Source of the DNA: Mobula hypostoma
Taxonomy: Eukaryota
Length of the DNA: 64,000 nucleotides
Reading direction: 5' to 3'
NCBI RefSeq assembly: GCF_963921235.1
Contig: NC_086097.1
Span: 13,516,001-13,580,000, forward strand
Positions within the stretch are counted from its first letter, which is position 1; each line of letters begins with the position of its first letter. Both the position numbers and the translations under genes were made by a program. This document shows positions 37,138 through 51,369 of the stretch, piece by piece. The notes beneath the pieces are model-generated. The model did no database searches. It was not told where the DNA came from and saw only the letters and a program-made list of their open reading frames with translations.

Positions 37138-37505
37138 TGTGCCAAGATGAGGCCACCCTCAAGGTGGAGGAGTAACACCTTATATTCCAGTTGGGTACAT
37201 CCAACCTGATAGCAAGAATATTGATTTTTCCTTCTGGTAAACAAATTTTCCACCCTCGTCTTTTTTCTATTCCCTATTCAGATCTTTCACATCTTCTCAC
37301 CTGCCTATTACTTCCCCTGGGTCCCCTCCTCCTTCCCTTCTCCTGTTGTCCTCTCTCCTCTCCTATCAGATTCTTTCTTCTCCGGCACTTGAACTTTCCC
37401 ACCCATCTGGCTTCACCTATCACCTTCCAGCTAGCCTCCTTCTCCTTCCCCACTCGCTTCCATAGATGTTGCCTGACCTGCAGTCCCTCCAGCATCTTGT
37501 GTCTG
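37138..37505 (+). mobile_element. Penelope 3' fragment (GIY-YIG C-terminus and 3' region)
   Basis: Decayed EE*HLIFQLG..QPD..NID motif, followed by a pyrimidine-rich 3' region and a partial pLTR. Confidence 0.7.
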
Positions 37506-38244
37506 TTTATTGGTTGACAGCCTGCAGTGAGCTCAACTGTAGCCCAAACCTGCCCTCAATCCATTTGCTAATGACATGCTGTCAATAGAGAGTCTATCGG
37601 AGGAAAGAGAGAACATTGATTCATTCAGCATTGTTCATGACTTCCAGTGACTTAACGGACCTTGGAGCCAATAATTATAACCATTTACCCATAAGCTAGG
37701 CCACATGGCATCAAAACTGCGAGTAAAGTTCTTAAACAGCTAGCAATATGTTCATGACTTTTCTGACTGATTAAAATTGAGGGATAAGAATCGGCCATAC
37801 CACTGGGAAAACTTCACAGGATCTTTTCAGCTGTTATCACTTCACGTCACCTGAAAGGCAGCATATCCAACGAGGAGGCACATGTGATAAAATCCATACA
37901 GGCTATACCAATGCACTACCCCGTCAGCTGCCCTCATCAACCCTCTCGGCAGCCTTTGCAATAAAAAGAATGTTCACTCGAGTTAGTTAGGTGTGAGCTC
38001 AGCCTTGTTTCAGGTTATACGTGTGGCTCTATTCAAAACATTTGTTAGCTTCCTGTTGTGAATGAACAGGGTGGTGGTACAGACTCTGCGGTATTTGTGA
38101 AGCGATTTAAGAGAGATTGAATGGATTTTAACTGAATGTTTATAACTTGAAAAGCATCAAGGAGAAGGAAGTAGTGCTGTGCAATAGAACACTATTAAGC
38201 TGAGGCATGTCTTTTTCAGTGAGATGGTACCAGGCCACTGGAGT

Positions 38245-38598
38245 TACAGAGTCATAGAAAAGTACAGCACAGAACCAAGCCCTTTCACCCATCTAGTCCA
38301 TGCCAAACCATTTAATCTGCCCACTCCCATCAACCTGACCTGGAATCATAACCCTCCATTCCTCCGCCCACTTCCACGTACCTATCCAAACTTCTCTTAA
38401 ACATTGAAATTGAGCTCGCATGCACCACTTGTGCTGGCAGCTCATTCCACACTCTCACCACCCTCTGAGTAAAGAAGTTTCCCCTTATGTTCCCCTTAAA
38501 CTTTTTACCTTTCACCCTTAATCCATGACCTCTAGTTGTAGTCCCACCCAACCTCAGTGGAAAAATCCTGCTTGCATTTACCCTATCTATACCCCTTT
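38245..38598 (-). mobile_element. CR1 3' end
   Basis: TRGHGLRVKG..RGNFFTQRVVRVWNELP. Confidence 0.88.
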
Positions 38599-39289
38599 AG
38601 GTTTAGGCTGCTTTTGAATCTAGCTCTGTAATAACTGATACTTAACTAGTAACGCACAGCCTATCAAATTATTCATAGTTCCATTGAAGCAACAAATAAT
38701 TTAGAGTGCAGCAAAATACAAGGGATAAATTGATGTGACTTCTAAGAATTACAGAAATATTGATAGATCTCGGGACAATAATGAATACGATGGCAGTCAA
38801 TTTATACAGCACAAAAAATGAGAGTAGTTGCCTTGGAAAAAAAAACGGGCTCCAGAGGTTATTAATGAGAGTACTCAGCCAGCAATTGGACTTTTTCCAT
38901 GGTTGACACATTTATATACAGAAAAAGTAGACAAACATATCTTCAGACTTTCAGCTTCAGACTTGAACAAGAAATTAAATGACCCAGCAATGATTTGATC
39001 AGATGGAATAAGTCAAAACAAGTATTGATTTATTCATTTGAAATTGCATACAAGAGAGTAAATTGATTTTGTTTGGTCCATTGTATATCTCCACAATAGC
39101 TATAGCGTGGTACATTGAATTCCTGTACAATCACAGTGAGTTGGCGAGTTGGCAACACGGTACACCTTCGTCCACTATATGACAAATATTTTTGTTTAAC
39201 GGACAAAAATGTAAAAGATGCCATATAATCTTATACCTGTACAATGTGCAGTATTGCTTGTGCAGTGTAAATCTGTGTATTAGAGATAA

Positions 39290-39745
39290 TACTTATACTT
39301 CATACTTTATTGTCGCGAAACAACTGGTACTAGAGCATACAATCATCACAGCGATATTTGATTCTGTGCTTCCCACTCTCTGGATTACAAATAATAAATA
39401 TTAAAAATATTTAAAATAGTAAAATTAATAAATATTAAAAATCTAAATTATAAATCATAAATAGAAAATAAAAAAATGGAAAGTAAGGTAGTGCATAAAA
39501 ACCAAGAGACAGGTCCGGATATTTGGAGGGTACGGCCCAGATCCGGGTCAGGATCCGTTCAGCAGTCTTAGCACGGTTGGAAAGAAGCTATTCCCAAATC
39601 TGGCCGTATGAGTCTTCAAGCTCCTGAGCCTTCTCCCGGAGGGAAGAGGGACGAAAAGTGTGTTGGCTGGGTAGATCGTATCCTTGATTATCTTGGCAGC
39701 ACTGCTCCGACAGCGTGCGGTGTAAAGTGAGTCCACGGACGGGCA
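39290..39745 (-). mobile_element. Rex1/Babar-type 3' fragment
   Basis: KIIKD..PANTLFVPLPSGRRLRSL..RFGNSFFP. Confidence 0.8.
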
Positions 39746-40055
39746 ATTGGATGGCACAATAGTGTAGTGGTTAGCACAATGCTTTATAGTACAGGCCATC
39801 CAGGTTCAATTCTCATTGCTGCCTGTATTTATTTACTTGTTTGTTTGTTTGTTTGTTTACTTATTTGAGTTTGAGCATTCTCCCTGTAACTACATGGGTT
39901 TTCTCCGGGTGCTCCAGTTTCCTCCCGCATCAGTTGGTGGTGTAATTGGTCATTGTAACTTGTCCTGTGATAACGCTAGGGTTAAATCAGGGATTGTTGA
40001 GCAGTGCAGCAGGAAGGCCCAGAAGGCCCTACTCCACACTGTATCTCAATAAATA
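39746..40055 (+). mobile_element. V-SINE (HE1-like)
   Basis: tggcacaatagtgtagtggttagc A-box, ggttcaattc B-box, V-domain, aataaataaa tail. Confidence 0.75.
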
Positions 40056-41419
40056 AACAAATATTAGGTTTAGATGCACCAGTATACTGTATTCTTTGGA
40101 GATTTGTGCACTAGATTCTCAAAGTTCTAATTTCAAAGTAAATTTTATTATTAAAGTATATACTGTATATGTTACCATGTACAACCCTGAGATTCATTTT
40201 CCTGTGGACATACTCAGCAAACCTATAGATTATTAACTCGAACAAGTAACATCCATGAATTTAAAGTTTCTAACCCTCTCCACCTCTGATCCTTGGGCTC
40301 ATGGACCTCTGGTTTCCCTCTCCTGAAGTCTATCATCAGCTCTTTGGTGTGGCTGACATTGAGTGAGATGTTGTTATGTCACCATTCAGCCAAAGTTTCA
40401 AGTTTGCTGTGCAGGCAATTAGAGGTGTTTTGCAATAAGTCCATTTAGGTCCTTTGGATACACATGCAATATAGGTGGTGTGGATTACTGGAGACTTGTC
40501 TAATAGATAAGATGGCATCTGTGTACAATGCTCTTTCAGTTGACATCTTCTGAATAGATCATGAAATCATATATTTCACTTTTTTATGGCTTTTACGTTT
40601 GTTTTTCACCTTGGATGTTATTCTGGAACTGTTGGAGCCTTTAATTTGCTGTTTGGAGATCATTTGGATGTTCCAGTGTTCTGCAGTCTCCGGGAGGTTT
40701 GAGGAAGGCAGAGGTGACAAGTAGCCTATGGGACTTCTAAAGTGACAAGGGAGATTGAAGTATTGAGGCGAGTGCAGAAGGCGAGTGCCAGTTGCCTGTC
40801 TATTGATAGCTGAGGACCACTCTGCTACACTATCGGAGAAGGGGAAAACCTGCCACTGTGCCTACTAAACCACAAGGCTACTAAACAGCTTCCTCCCACA
40901 GGCAGTCAGACTGCTAAATAGCTGCTCCACCTGACTCTGCTTTGGACACTTTTAACTTGCACTGGACACTTATAACTGATATGTGGCTGTTGTGTTTTAC
41001 TATTTATTGTTATGTTTATTATTTAGTGTTGCGTTTGTTATGCTATGATTGCACTGCCCCTGAGAAACGCGGTCTCATTCTGCCCTGCAGAGCCGATGTA
41101 TGGTTAGAATGACAATAAAATTTTTTGAATCTCGAATCTTGAGTCTTTGAAGAGTGTTGCACAGATTTTCTGCATTTTGGACGTGGACTTGGACTATAGT
41201 CTTTTATTTGGTCATTAGTTTTTTTATATTCTGTGCTTTTTGCCCAAACTTTCTCACGTTTTTTGTACAGGAATTAAGGGTTGATGTGCCTGTTCCATTT
41301 TCGTTTGTTTTTTCATGTGGGGAGGAGGGATTTTGGGATTTGATGATTCTGCCGCCTTTTGTTTCCTTCTTGGTTTCACGGTTACCCGGAGAAAAAGAAT
41401 TTCAGAGTTTTATACTTTG

Positions 41420-41943
41420 AAATACTCTTGCATCGGTTTTCACTGTGGAAGACACTAGCAATATGGCAGAGTTTGCACATGTCAGGGAGTATGAAGAGTG
41501 TGAAGTTAAAGGCTAGTTTGCATAGTAGAGAGAAGGTTCTTAGGAAACTGAAAGGTATAAGTCACCTGCACCAGATCTGTGCAACCCAGGTTTTTGAAAG
41601 TGGTGGTTGAAGAGAATGTGGAGGAATTTCAAAAGGGCTTTCAAGAATCACTGGATTCTGGAGTGGTTCCAGTAGACTGGAAGATTGCAAATGTCACTCC
41701 ACTCTTCAAGAAGAGAGGGAATCAGAAGAAATTAAACTATAAGCCAGTTAGTCAGTCTTCAGTGTTTAGGAAGATGTTTGAGTCGATTATTAAGGGTACT
41801 TGGAAGCACATAATAAGATAGGCAGTAGTCAGCATGGTTTCCTCAAGGAAAAATCTTGCCTCACAAATCTGTTGGAATCCTTTGAAGGAGTAACAAATAG
41901 GATAGACAAAGGAGAATTAGTTGATGTTGTGTACTTGAATTTT
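41420..41943 (+). mobile_element. CR1 ORF2 internal fragment
   Basis: ESLDSGVVPVDWKIANVTPLFKK. Confidence 0.8.
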
Positions 41944-44900
41944 AGAAACATAGAAACATAGAAAACCTACAGCACAATACAGGCCCTTCGGCCCACAAAG
42001 TTGTACCAAACATGTCCCTACCTTAGAAATTACTAGGCTTACCTGTAGCCCACTATTTTTCTAGGCTCCATTACTAGGCTTACCTGTAGCCCACTATTTT
42101 TCTAAGTCACCGGAGGGCTGCGCACGCGCAGGCGCACCGCCATCTTCTCCTCCTTTTGGACGGTTTTGAATCGGGGCAGCCTGCAGGTAACGAATGCTGA
42201 GCTAAACTGAATCTGCCTGGACCCTTTCAATTCTGTGTTTTAAATTCTGTGTTTTTGCTCATTTTGTTGTTTGCCATTTGCGCGATCTGGTTTTTTTTTC
42301 TGCGTGTGGGAGGAGGGTTTGAAGGGTTCTATCATTTTATTTGTTTCATGGCTCTCTGTGGGGAAGGCAAATCTCAGGGTTCTATACTGCATACATACTT
42401 TAATAATAAATTTACTTTGAATCTTTGAATAAGCTGTTGTGTGTATACACAATTGGTTTAATACATGCAATTGAACCCAACAGTAGATACAATGCGGTCT
42501 CTTGTAAACAAAAACAGTAGATATAACATAGTCCTCTGAATTCTGGGATAGAGCCTTATTGGGAGCTGAACTAAAAGTCACTCTCTTTATTAGAATTCAA
42601 TCCCTGATTAATAATTTTCAGGACATCATCTTGGTATGTTGGATTGACTCCAATTCCCAAATTTATCCTGAGGACACTTTAAGTGGTCCTCGCATATACC
42701 GTGTGATTCTTTTTTTTATTATTCACACTTTTGTCCCACCCATCTATGGCGATCATTGTAATTTGCAAAAAAAAAAATTTATAAAAATCTGAAATAGTGG
42801 AAATGGATACTTGTCAGCGTAATACAAAATTACAGCGAATTCCTATTGAACATTTCTATTGGCATTAGAAATCCCAAGAGCAAGAGGTTAATGACGCTTG
42901 AGTAGTTTGTTCGAACTTTGAGAGTATAGTAATCCCTTAAGGTCACTGGAAGATACCTGTTATTGTGCATGATATGCAAAAATTGCTGAATTTCATTTGC
43001 AATTCTTTTTGCCTGGTTTGTTTTGCTGTTGCCAATTGTAAATGGCTTGTGTTGTAGCAACGGCAATACTGTTAGGCTGCTGTTGTGAAGTGAATCACGT
43101 AAAGATCTCTCCCCTAACACAAATTATGAAATGGTCTATTGCCTTGGCAGCCCATCTTGTCGTATACTCTAATTCAGCCTGTGAATATTCAGAGAAAATC
43201 AATCAGCATTTAAGAACAAAAACATGCTGAAGCCATTTTAAGCTCAGCATGTGGTAATTGTGTATTTTTAGCCCTCCGTTGACCAGTTTGCATTTTATAA
43301 GCTCTCACATTGTACGCTTGAATATTAACTGGTGATTTACTTCAAATACTTTCCTCCATTTTCTCTGATTTTAGGGCCTTGGTCTGTGCTTTCCAGTGGC
43401 AAATCATACTGATTCCTGAAAATGCTCCAAACTTTCTGTTCCAATGTCAAAGATATCATAATAATTCTATCACCAAATTGCCAAGAATCAATTTGCCAAC
43501 AAAGTAGTTCTTTAAATAAAAATAATTCAACTTATAGAAAGTCTTTTGTTCAGATATAACTAGCTTGGATATTGCACTTCCTGTTGCAAGTTAATTATAT
43601 TTTGTCTGTTCCTCCCTTACAATCTATTTCTATCATTCCCAATGCATTTCCTCATCCATAAACACCAAACATTGCCATTAATGCCAACATCGATCAGCCT
43701 ATCAAAAACTTCAGTTCAGCAGGCTTTCAAAGGTCAAGGTTTCTAATGTTGCCTTGGAGCCTCGTTGAGTCTAATTGCTGAAGTAATCCTGAATGAGAAG
43801 ACATTTTTATTTGATTTGGTTCTGCTCATGAGAACCTGGGGAAAGACTGGACAGGCTCATTTCATTGATGCCTCGGTATTGTTAAACATTTGGAGACTGA
43901 TGAATTTTTTTATTTCACTTCTATCAGTACACTAGGACCAAAAACTGTGGAGACTGAAACACCAAAAGATAACCATGTAAATGCTGGACCTGCTGAGTCC
44001 TTCCAGCAATCTTCTGCTTTTGTTACTATTTATAATATTCTATTATCATTTCCCGAGTAGTTGCTTTAGTTAAATAACCTAATTAATCTTTCCTTGAATA
44101 GACTAGTTAGCAAACTTAAGGCTCTTGAGATTAAAGGAGGCATTAGTTGCATAGATATTAAATTGACTGAAGGACTGGGAGCAAAGGTGATTTTGTTTCC
44201 CACACTGGAGGGAAGTTTGCAGTAATGTCCCCAGGGTTTGGTATTGGAATGCTCTTTTTAATAGGTGTAATAAAGATATGCATTTGCCAACTTCACAGTT
44301 GGCACAAAGCACAAAGGAACATGAACAATAAGAACAGCAACAGATCTTAAAATTGATTTAAACAGACATGAAATGGGCAGGTACAGAGTTGGTGAAATTT
44401 AACACGGAGAACATAGAGGGGTATAGAGAGGATAAATTCAAGTAAGCTCTTTCCACTCTGACTGGGGGAGACCAGAACTGGAGGTCATGAGTTATGGGGG
44501 AAAAGGTGAAATGTTTACGGGGAACATCAGTGGAACCTCTTCACTCAGAGGGTGGTGAGAGTGTGGGACAAGCTACCAGTGGAGGTGGTAGATGCAGGTA
44601 TTAGATAGATCCTGCGCAATGAGTATGGAGAGTTCGGGAAGCAGAACTGCCAGGGTAACAATCTCTGGATTACTCCCAGTGACGTGCACTAGTCAGGGCA
44701 GGAATAGGGTGACAATACAGATGAATGAGCGGCTGAGGAAGTGGTACGGGGGCAGGGTTTCACATTCCTGTATTATTGGGATCTCATCTGGGGAAGGTAT
44801 GACCTGTACAAAGCAGATGGATTTCACGTGAACAGATAGATACATCCCAAAGATGAAGAAGTATTCTAAATACAAGGGGTCAATAATTTTGGTTATAAGG

Positions 44901-45009
44901 AGAGATTAGAGGAACCGGAATGGCTTTTCATAGTCCAGGGAAAGCCAAGGGCAAATTTTGAAGGAGTAAATTAGGAGAAGCTGTTCCTGTTGATGGAGGA
45001 TTGATAACT

Positions 45010-45645
45010 ACACAACAAAGATGGTCGATAAGGTGGTTAAAAAGGCTTATGGAATGCTTGCTTTTACTAGTTGAGTCAATGAGTTCAAAAGCCATGAGGT
45101 TATGTTGCAGCTTTGTAAAACTCTGGTTAGGCCACATCTGCAGTATTGCATGCAGTTCTGGCCGCCCCACTATAGGAAGGATGTTGTGGATTTGGAGGGG
45201 GTCACCAGGATGCTGCCCAGTTTAAAGGGCATGTGGTATATCGAGAGGCTGAACAAACTTGGGTTGTTTTCTCTGGAGCACCAGAGGCGGAGGGGAGATC
45301 TGATAGAGGTTTATAATATTATCAGAGGCAGAGATAGAGTGGACAGAGAGTATCTGTTTCCTAGTGTTGAAATATCTAGTACCAGAGGATATGCATTGAA
45401 GGTGAGAGGAGGTCGGCTCAACAGGGATGTGAGGAGTAAGTTTTTTACTCAGAAAGTCATAGACGCCTGGAGTGTGCTGCCTGGTATGGTGGGTAGAGAC
45501 AAATACAATGGAGATGTTTGGATAGGCACATGGATATAAGGAGTATAGAGGGATATGGACTTGGTATAAGTAGAAGGGGTTATGTTTCGGTGTTTTTGAT
45601 TTGATTTTTGGCTGTTCTTGTGCTGTACTTTTCTATGTTCTATGT
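45010..45645 (+). mobile_element. CR1 3' end
   Basis: KTLVRPHLQYCMQFW..RRGDLIEVY..FFTQKVIDAW; ttctatg tail. Confidence 0.88.
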
Positions 45646-45664
45646 TAAAGAGCTATAAGGAAAG

Positions 45665-46025
45665 ATAGAACATAGAACATAGAAATCTACAGCACATTAC
45701 AGGCCCTTCGGCCCACAGGTTTGTGCCAACCACGTAACCTACCCTAGAAGCTGCCAAGAGTTTCCCTTCTGCATAGCCCTCTATTTTTCTAAACTCCATG
45801 TACCTATCTAAAAGTCTCTTGAAAGGTTCTATTGTATCTGCCTCTACCGCCTTTGCTGGCAGTGCATTCCATGCACACGCCATTCTCTGTGTGAAAAACT
45901 TACCCCTGACATTTCCCTTGCACCTACTTCTAAGTACCTAAAAATTATGCCCCCTCATGTGAGCCATTTCATCTGTGGGAAAAAGCCTCTGGCTATCCAC
46001 ACAATCAATGATTCTCATTATCCTA
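45665..46025 (-). mobile_element. CR1 3' end (tail-to-tail with the previous copy)
   Basis: atagaacatagaacatagaa tail; AWNALPAKAVEAD. Confidence 0.85.
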
Positions 46026-46054
46026 TACACAAAGATATGTTTTTTTTTTCCCTT

Positions 46055-47000
46055 CTCAAGAGCAGGGTGAGCTCCCTCAACAACTATCGACCAATTGTAC
46101 TCACGTCTACTGCGATGAAGTGCTTTGAGATGTTGGTCACAGCCAGAATCGAGACCTGCCTAAGTAAGCATCTGGACCCATTACAATTTGCCTAAAGGTC
46201 TACAGTGGATGCAATCTCACTGGCTCTCCACACAGCCTTGGATCACCTGAACAGTAGCAATATTTACGTCAGGCTGCTGTTTCGTTGATTACAGCTCAGC
46301 GTTTGGGGGACCAGAGCCAGTGCAGGTCAGATAAAGTATCTTCTCCGCAACACTGGCATACTTCACGGATGCATGCTTACCCCACCGCTCTGCTTTCTCT
46401 CCACCCGCGACTGTGTGGATAGGCACAGCTTATATGCCATATATAGATTTGCCAATGACACAACTATTGTAGGCAGAATTTCACATGGTAACAAGGAGGC
46501 ATACAATAGTGAAATAGATCACTAGGCTAAATGGTATCACAACAACAACCTTGCACTCAATGTCAATAAGACTGAGGAATTGATTGCAGACTTAAAGAAA
46601 TGGAAATCAAGGGCAAACAAACCAGTCCTTATTGAGGGATCAGAAGTGGAAAGGAAAGCAGTTTCAAGTTCCTAGCTGTCTACATCTCTGAAGATCTATC
46701 CTGGACCCAACATATTGATACAATTACAAAGAAGACATGACAGCGGCTATATTTCATTAGGAGTTTAAAGAGACTTGGTCTGTCACCAACGACTCTTGAG
46801 AATTTCTACAGATGTACTGCGGAGAGCGTTCTAACTGGGTGCATCACCATCTGGTATGGAGGGCCACTGCACAGTATTGGAAAAAAGTTGCAAGAGCTTG
46901 CAAACTCGGTCCGTTCCATGACCGAACAGCATTCAGGAGATCATCAAGAAGTGATCCGTCAAAAAGGTGGGATCCACCATTAAGGATCCCCATCACCTAA
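46055..47000 (+). mobile_element. Rex1/Babar-type LINE RT fragment
   Basis: LNNYRPIVLTSTAMKCFE..LDPLQFA; RFANDTTIVG. Confidence 0.85.
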
Positions 47001-48054
47001 CATTCTGATCAGTGGCCAGTTGTCAAGTTTTAGCTTTTAATTATTTTATTTATTCACCGATACATCAAGAATCAAGCCCTTCTAGCCCAACGAGCCACAC
47101 CGACCAGCAGCCCACTTGTGTAACACCACTCCAGTCGCAGGACAATTTACAATGAACAACCTACCTACATCTTTGGACTGTGGGAGGAAACCAGATTACC
47201 TGGAGAAAAAAACATGCAGTCACAGGGAGAACTTACAATCTCCTTATAGACAGTTTCGGAATTGAACTCTCAACCTATGGTCTTAAGGTCCTATGAGTTT
47301 ATTTACACAATAAAGGCAGGAGAATATGTTTGAGAGGTATAGTAAATGAGCGATGATGAAATGGCAGAAAGACTTGATGGGCCGAATGGCCTAATTCTCT
47401 CCTATGCCTGATGGTCTAACTCCAAAGCCCCGAGCTGTAATAGTGCTTAACTAACCATTACACTACTGTGGCATCCCATGGGGAAGCTGATCAGGTTTGC
47501 GATTAACAAGAGCTTCATCAGTGTGAGATAAGGCTATTCTTCATGGTAGAATTCGACTTGAGTTTAAAAGCTGTGGAATTTCAGATGTATGAAACTTGCA
47601 TAAGGTCTTTTTTCAGTGAGAGTGCTTTATTGACTGTCAGTCATTGGTAGTCTTTATTAAAGATGTTTTTCCTGTGGACATCAAAAGGTAAAGTGTGGGA
47701 ACCTTATGCAGGATGCTGGGGGAGCTCTGCTGATAACTTGTTTGTTTTTTCAGAGATGGATTATACCTGTAACCCCTGAATGAAGAGCCTAAAACTGTGA
47801 TAAAAAACAGAACCCTTCCGAAAGAGAACCGGATAACATTTGAAGGGGGAAGAAATCTTGGTTATGAAAGGAAAGAGCAGATGATCAACAATCTGTACTT
47901 TCTCTCACAAAGGGAGAAAATGTTGGAAATTTTCAACTAATTAGGCACCATTGTGAAGGGAGAAACAAAGGCAGAGAATGAGCCCATTCAATGAGTTGAT
48001 ATCAGCAAAATGGCCTACTGAGTGAGATATCATAGTGATAGATCATAAAGCAAT

Positions 48055-49710
48055 GACCATAAGATAGAAGAGCAGAATTAGGCCATTCAGCCCACCGAGT
48101 CCGCTCCGCCATTTCATCATGGCTGATCCAATTTTCCTCTCAGCTCCAATCTCATGACTTCTCCTCATATCCCTTCATGCTCTGACCAATCAAGAATCTA
48201 TCAACCTCTGCATTAAATATATGTAAAGATTTGGCCTTCACAGCAGCCTGTGTCAAAGATACACTACCTTCTGACTGAAGGAATTCCTCCTCATCTCCAT
48301 TCTAAAAGGACACCCCCTCTATTGAGATTGTGTCCTCTTGTCTCGTACTCTCCCATCACAGGAAACATCCTCTCCATATCCACTCTACCATTCAATGGAT
48401 TTCAATGAGGTCACCTCTCATTCTTCTGAATTCCAGTAAATATAGGCCTAGAGCCATCAAATGCTTTTCATATGACAAGCCATACAATACTCGAATCAGT
48501 TTAATGATCCTTCCTGGAGCCCTCCCTAGTTTTAGTACATTCTTTCCAAGATGAGGGGCCCAAAACTGCTCACAATGCTCCTAGTGAGGCCATACCTGTA
48601 CTTTAAAAAGTCTCAACATTACATCTTGCTTTTCTATTCTAATACTTCTGAAATAAATGATAACATCGTATTTGCCTTCCTTACCACAGAATCAACCGGT
48701 AAATTAAACTTTAGGGAATCCTGGACAAGAACTCCCAAGTCCCTTTGCACCTCAATTTTTTGTATTTTCTCTCCCTTTAGAAAATAGTCGACCTTTTCAT
48801 TTCTTCTACCAAAATACATGACCATGAACTTACTGACACTATATTCCATCTTCCATTTCTTTGCCCATTCTCTAAATCTGCCTAAGTCCTTTTGCAGTCT
48901 CTCTACATCCTCAAATATACCTTCCCCTCCGTCTGCCTTCATATGGTCTGCAGACTTTGAAACAAAGCTATCAATTGCGTTATCCAAATAACAGACATAT
49001 AACGTAAACAGAGTCGGTCCCAACACAAACCCTTGTGGAACACCACCCGTCAACGGCAGCCAACCAGAAAAGGTTCCGTTATTCCCACTCTTTACCTCCT
49101 TCCAATCAGCCACTGTTTACCCATCCTAAATATACCATGAACTCGTAGCTTGTTAAGCAGACTCATGTGTAGCACCTAGTCGAAGCCTTCTGAAAATCCA
49201 ACTACACAACATCAACAATTTTCATTTGTTGTTTCTTCAAAGAATTCCAAAGATTTGTCAGGCAAGATTTTCCCTTGAGGAAACCATACTGACTATGGCC
49301 TACTTTATTATGTGCCTCCAAGTTCCCTGGGACTTCCTCCTTGATAACCAACTTCAAGATCTTCCCAACCACTGAGATCAGACTAACTGCTCTATAGTTC
49401 CCTTTCTTCTGCCTCCCTCCCTTCTTTAACAGCGGAATAACATTTATAATTTTCCAGTCTTCTGGAACTATCCCAGAATCTCGTGATCCTTTAAGGATCA
49501 TTACTAATGCCTCTACAATCTCTTCAGCCACCTCTTTCAGAACCCTAGTGTGTACACTATTTGGTCCAGGTGACTTATCTACCTTCAGACCATTCAGTTT
49601 CCCAAGAATCTTCTTTTTAGTAATGGTAACTTCACATACTTTATGACCCCTGACACCTGGAACTTCCACCATACTACCAGTGTCTTCCACAGTGAAGACT
49701 GATGCATCGT
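48055..49710 (-). mobile_element. 5'-truncated CR1 LINE
   Basis: KSPGP..RVLKEVAEEI, QYGFLKGKSCLTNL, GVPQGFVLGP, RDLGVLV; CR1 tail at 48055. Confidence 0.92.
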
Positions 49711-51141
49711 GATACATCATTCTATCATTCTACACCCTAACAGTCCCAATGCTCAGTTGGTACATGTGTATTTTCACATTTCTATGAGAACCCGTGTACT
49801 CTATAAAAACGTTTTAATCTTCCATGAGATCCTGACAAGCACCCATTCTATCACACTTTAATCCCGATGAAGGATCTTGGCCTGAATTATCAACTAATTA
49901 TCCTCCTCCATAGATGCTGCCTGACCTGCTGAGTTCCTCCAGCATTTTGCGTGTGTGTGTGTTGCTCTGGATTTCCAGCACCTGCGGATTATCTTGTGAA
50001 GGGACACACTCAACAATTCGGGAAGAGCTTCACCATCTCCTGCCCCCCTACCACCATCTGATTTCTGAATGGACATTGAACCTATGAACACTATCTCACT
50101 TCTTTTTCATTTCTATGTTTGTTGCATTACTTATTGAATTTAGCTTTTTAATATATATTTACGCTAATTCATAGTTTTTTTTAAACTAATATATTGCACT
50201 GTACTGTTGCCACCAAATCAACAAATTTCACGACAAATGCCGGTGATATTAAACCTGATTCTGATTATTTTCCAATGTACTTCTATCCCAAATTTTCATT
50301 CCTTGAAATACCTTTGTCATTTCCCAAGTATTGACTTCATAGAAAATGTAAACCAAGTGTCGGTGAAAGGGGAGTTGTTTCATCTCTTGTGGTAGCAGGA
50401 GAAGATATTGTAAGAAGAGAAGTAAGTGCTGTTAGAGACTGAAGTGTGAACCAGATCCTCCTTTGAAATGCAGAAAAGAGAAGGAGGTAGTGACATTTCT
50501 GGTAGTAGCCTCCTGTTGAAGGTGTCAGGATGATCTGCTGAATGTGAGTCCCTGGGGAGTAAAAGGTAAGGACGTTAGGAAAGTTTTTCTGTGTGTAACA
50601 AGAAAGGGTAAAAGCAGAAGTAAGGGAAGAAGAATAAAATCTGTTTAGAGATGTTCCCATTCTAATAATGAATACAAGAAGACCCTTGGAAACATTGACA
50701 TGCAGATCAAAGACAGTATTGAGCAGAAATGGACAACCTGTGAGGAACTAATAGGAAGTTCTGCCTGGGTTACCAGTGGAAGTAGAATCAATTGTAGCTT
50801 TCCAAATGGAGCTGGATAAACATCAAAACAGAAGGAAATGTTCAGGGCTCAGGGAAAGGGTGACGATGTGTAATGGAACTAAATGGATTAGTCTTATATT
50901 TGCTAGTTGTAGACTCATTGAGCTGAATAGTTCTCTTGCATGCTATAGCTACCGAACTATCCTTAACTATTCATCACTCCATTGATCATACCTCTCATGA
51001 AGAGCATCCTTTTAGCTGTTTTCTGCAGTAAGTATAGATCCTTCATCACCAGCTCCAGGTTGCCTCCTGGCTTCTTGATCAGAGAATGGCCTTAATATGA
51101 ACCTATTGTTTGTGGAAACCATCCCCTTCTCCCTATAGCTG

Positions 51142-51369
51142 TTGGGTACGTGATCAAGTGGTTAAGACATTCGTCTAGTGATCTGAAGGTTGCTGGTTCA
51201 AGCCTCAGCTGTGGCAGTGTCTTTGTGTCCTTGAGCAAGGCACTTAACCACACATTGCTCTAGTGTCTGTGTGAGGAGTGGCGCCCCACACAGACTTCCA
51301 ATCTGCACCTTGTAAGGCATGAAAATGCCTGACGCAGGCCTCTCATGGTCTGAGTCAACATTCCCTCCC
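51142..51369 (+). mobile_element. tRNA-derived SINE with CORE-like domain
   Basis: A/B boxes, gtgtccttgagcaaggcacttaac; 14-bp TSD tctccctatag(c/t)tg. Confidence 0.75.

Noticed and set aside
42029..42105. 35-bp direct duplication (period 41)
   Set aside because: A local duplication within a CR1 tail at an insertion junction; no sign of function
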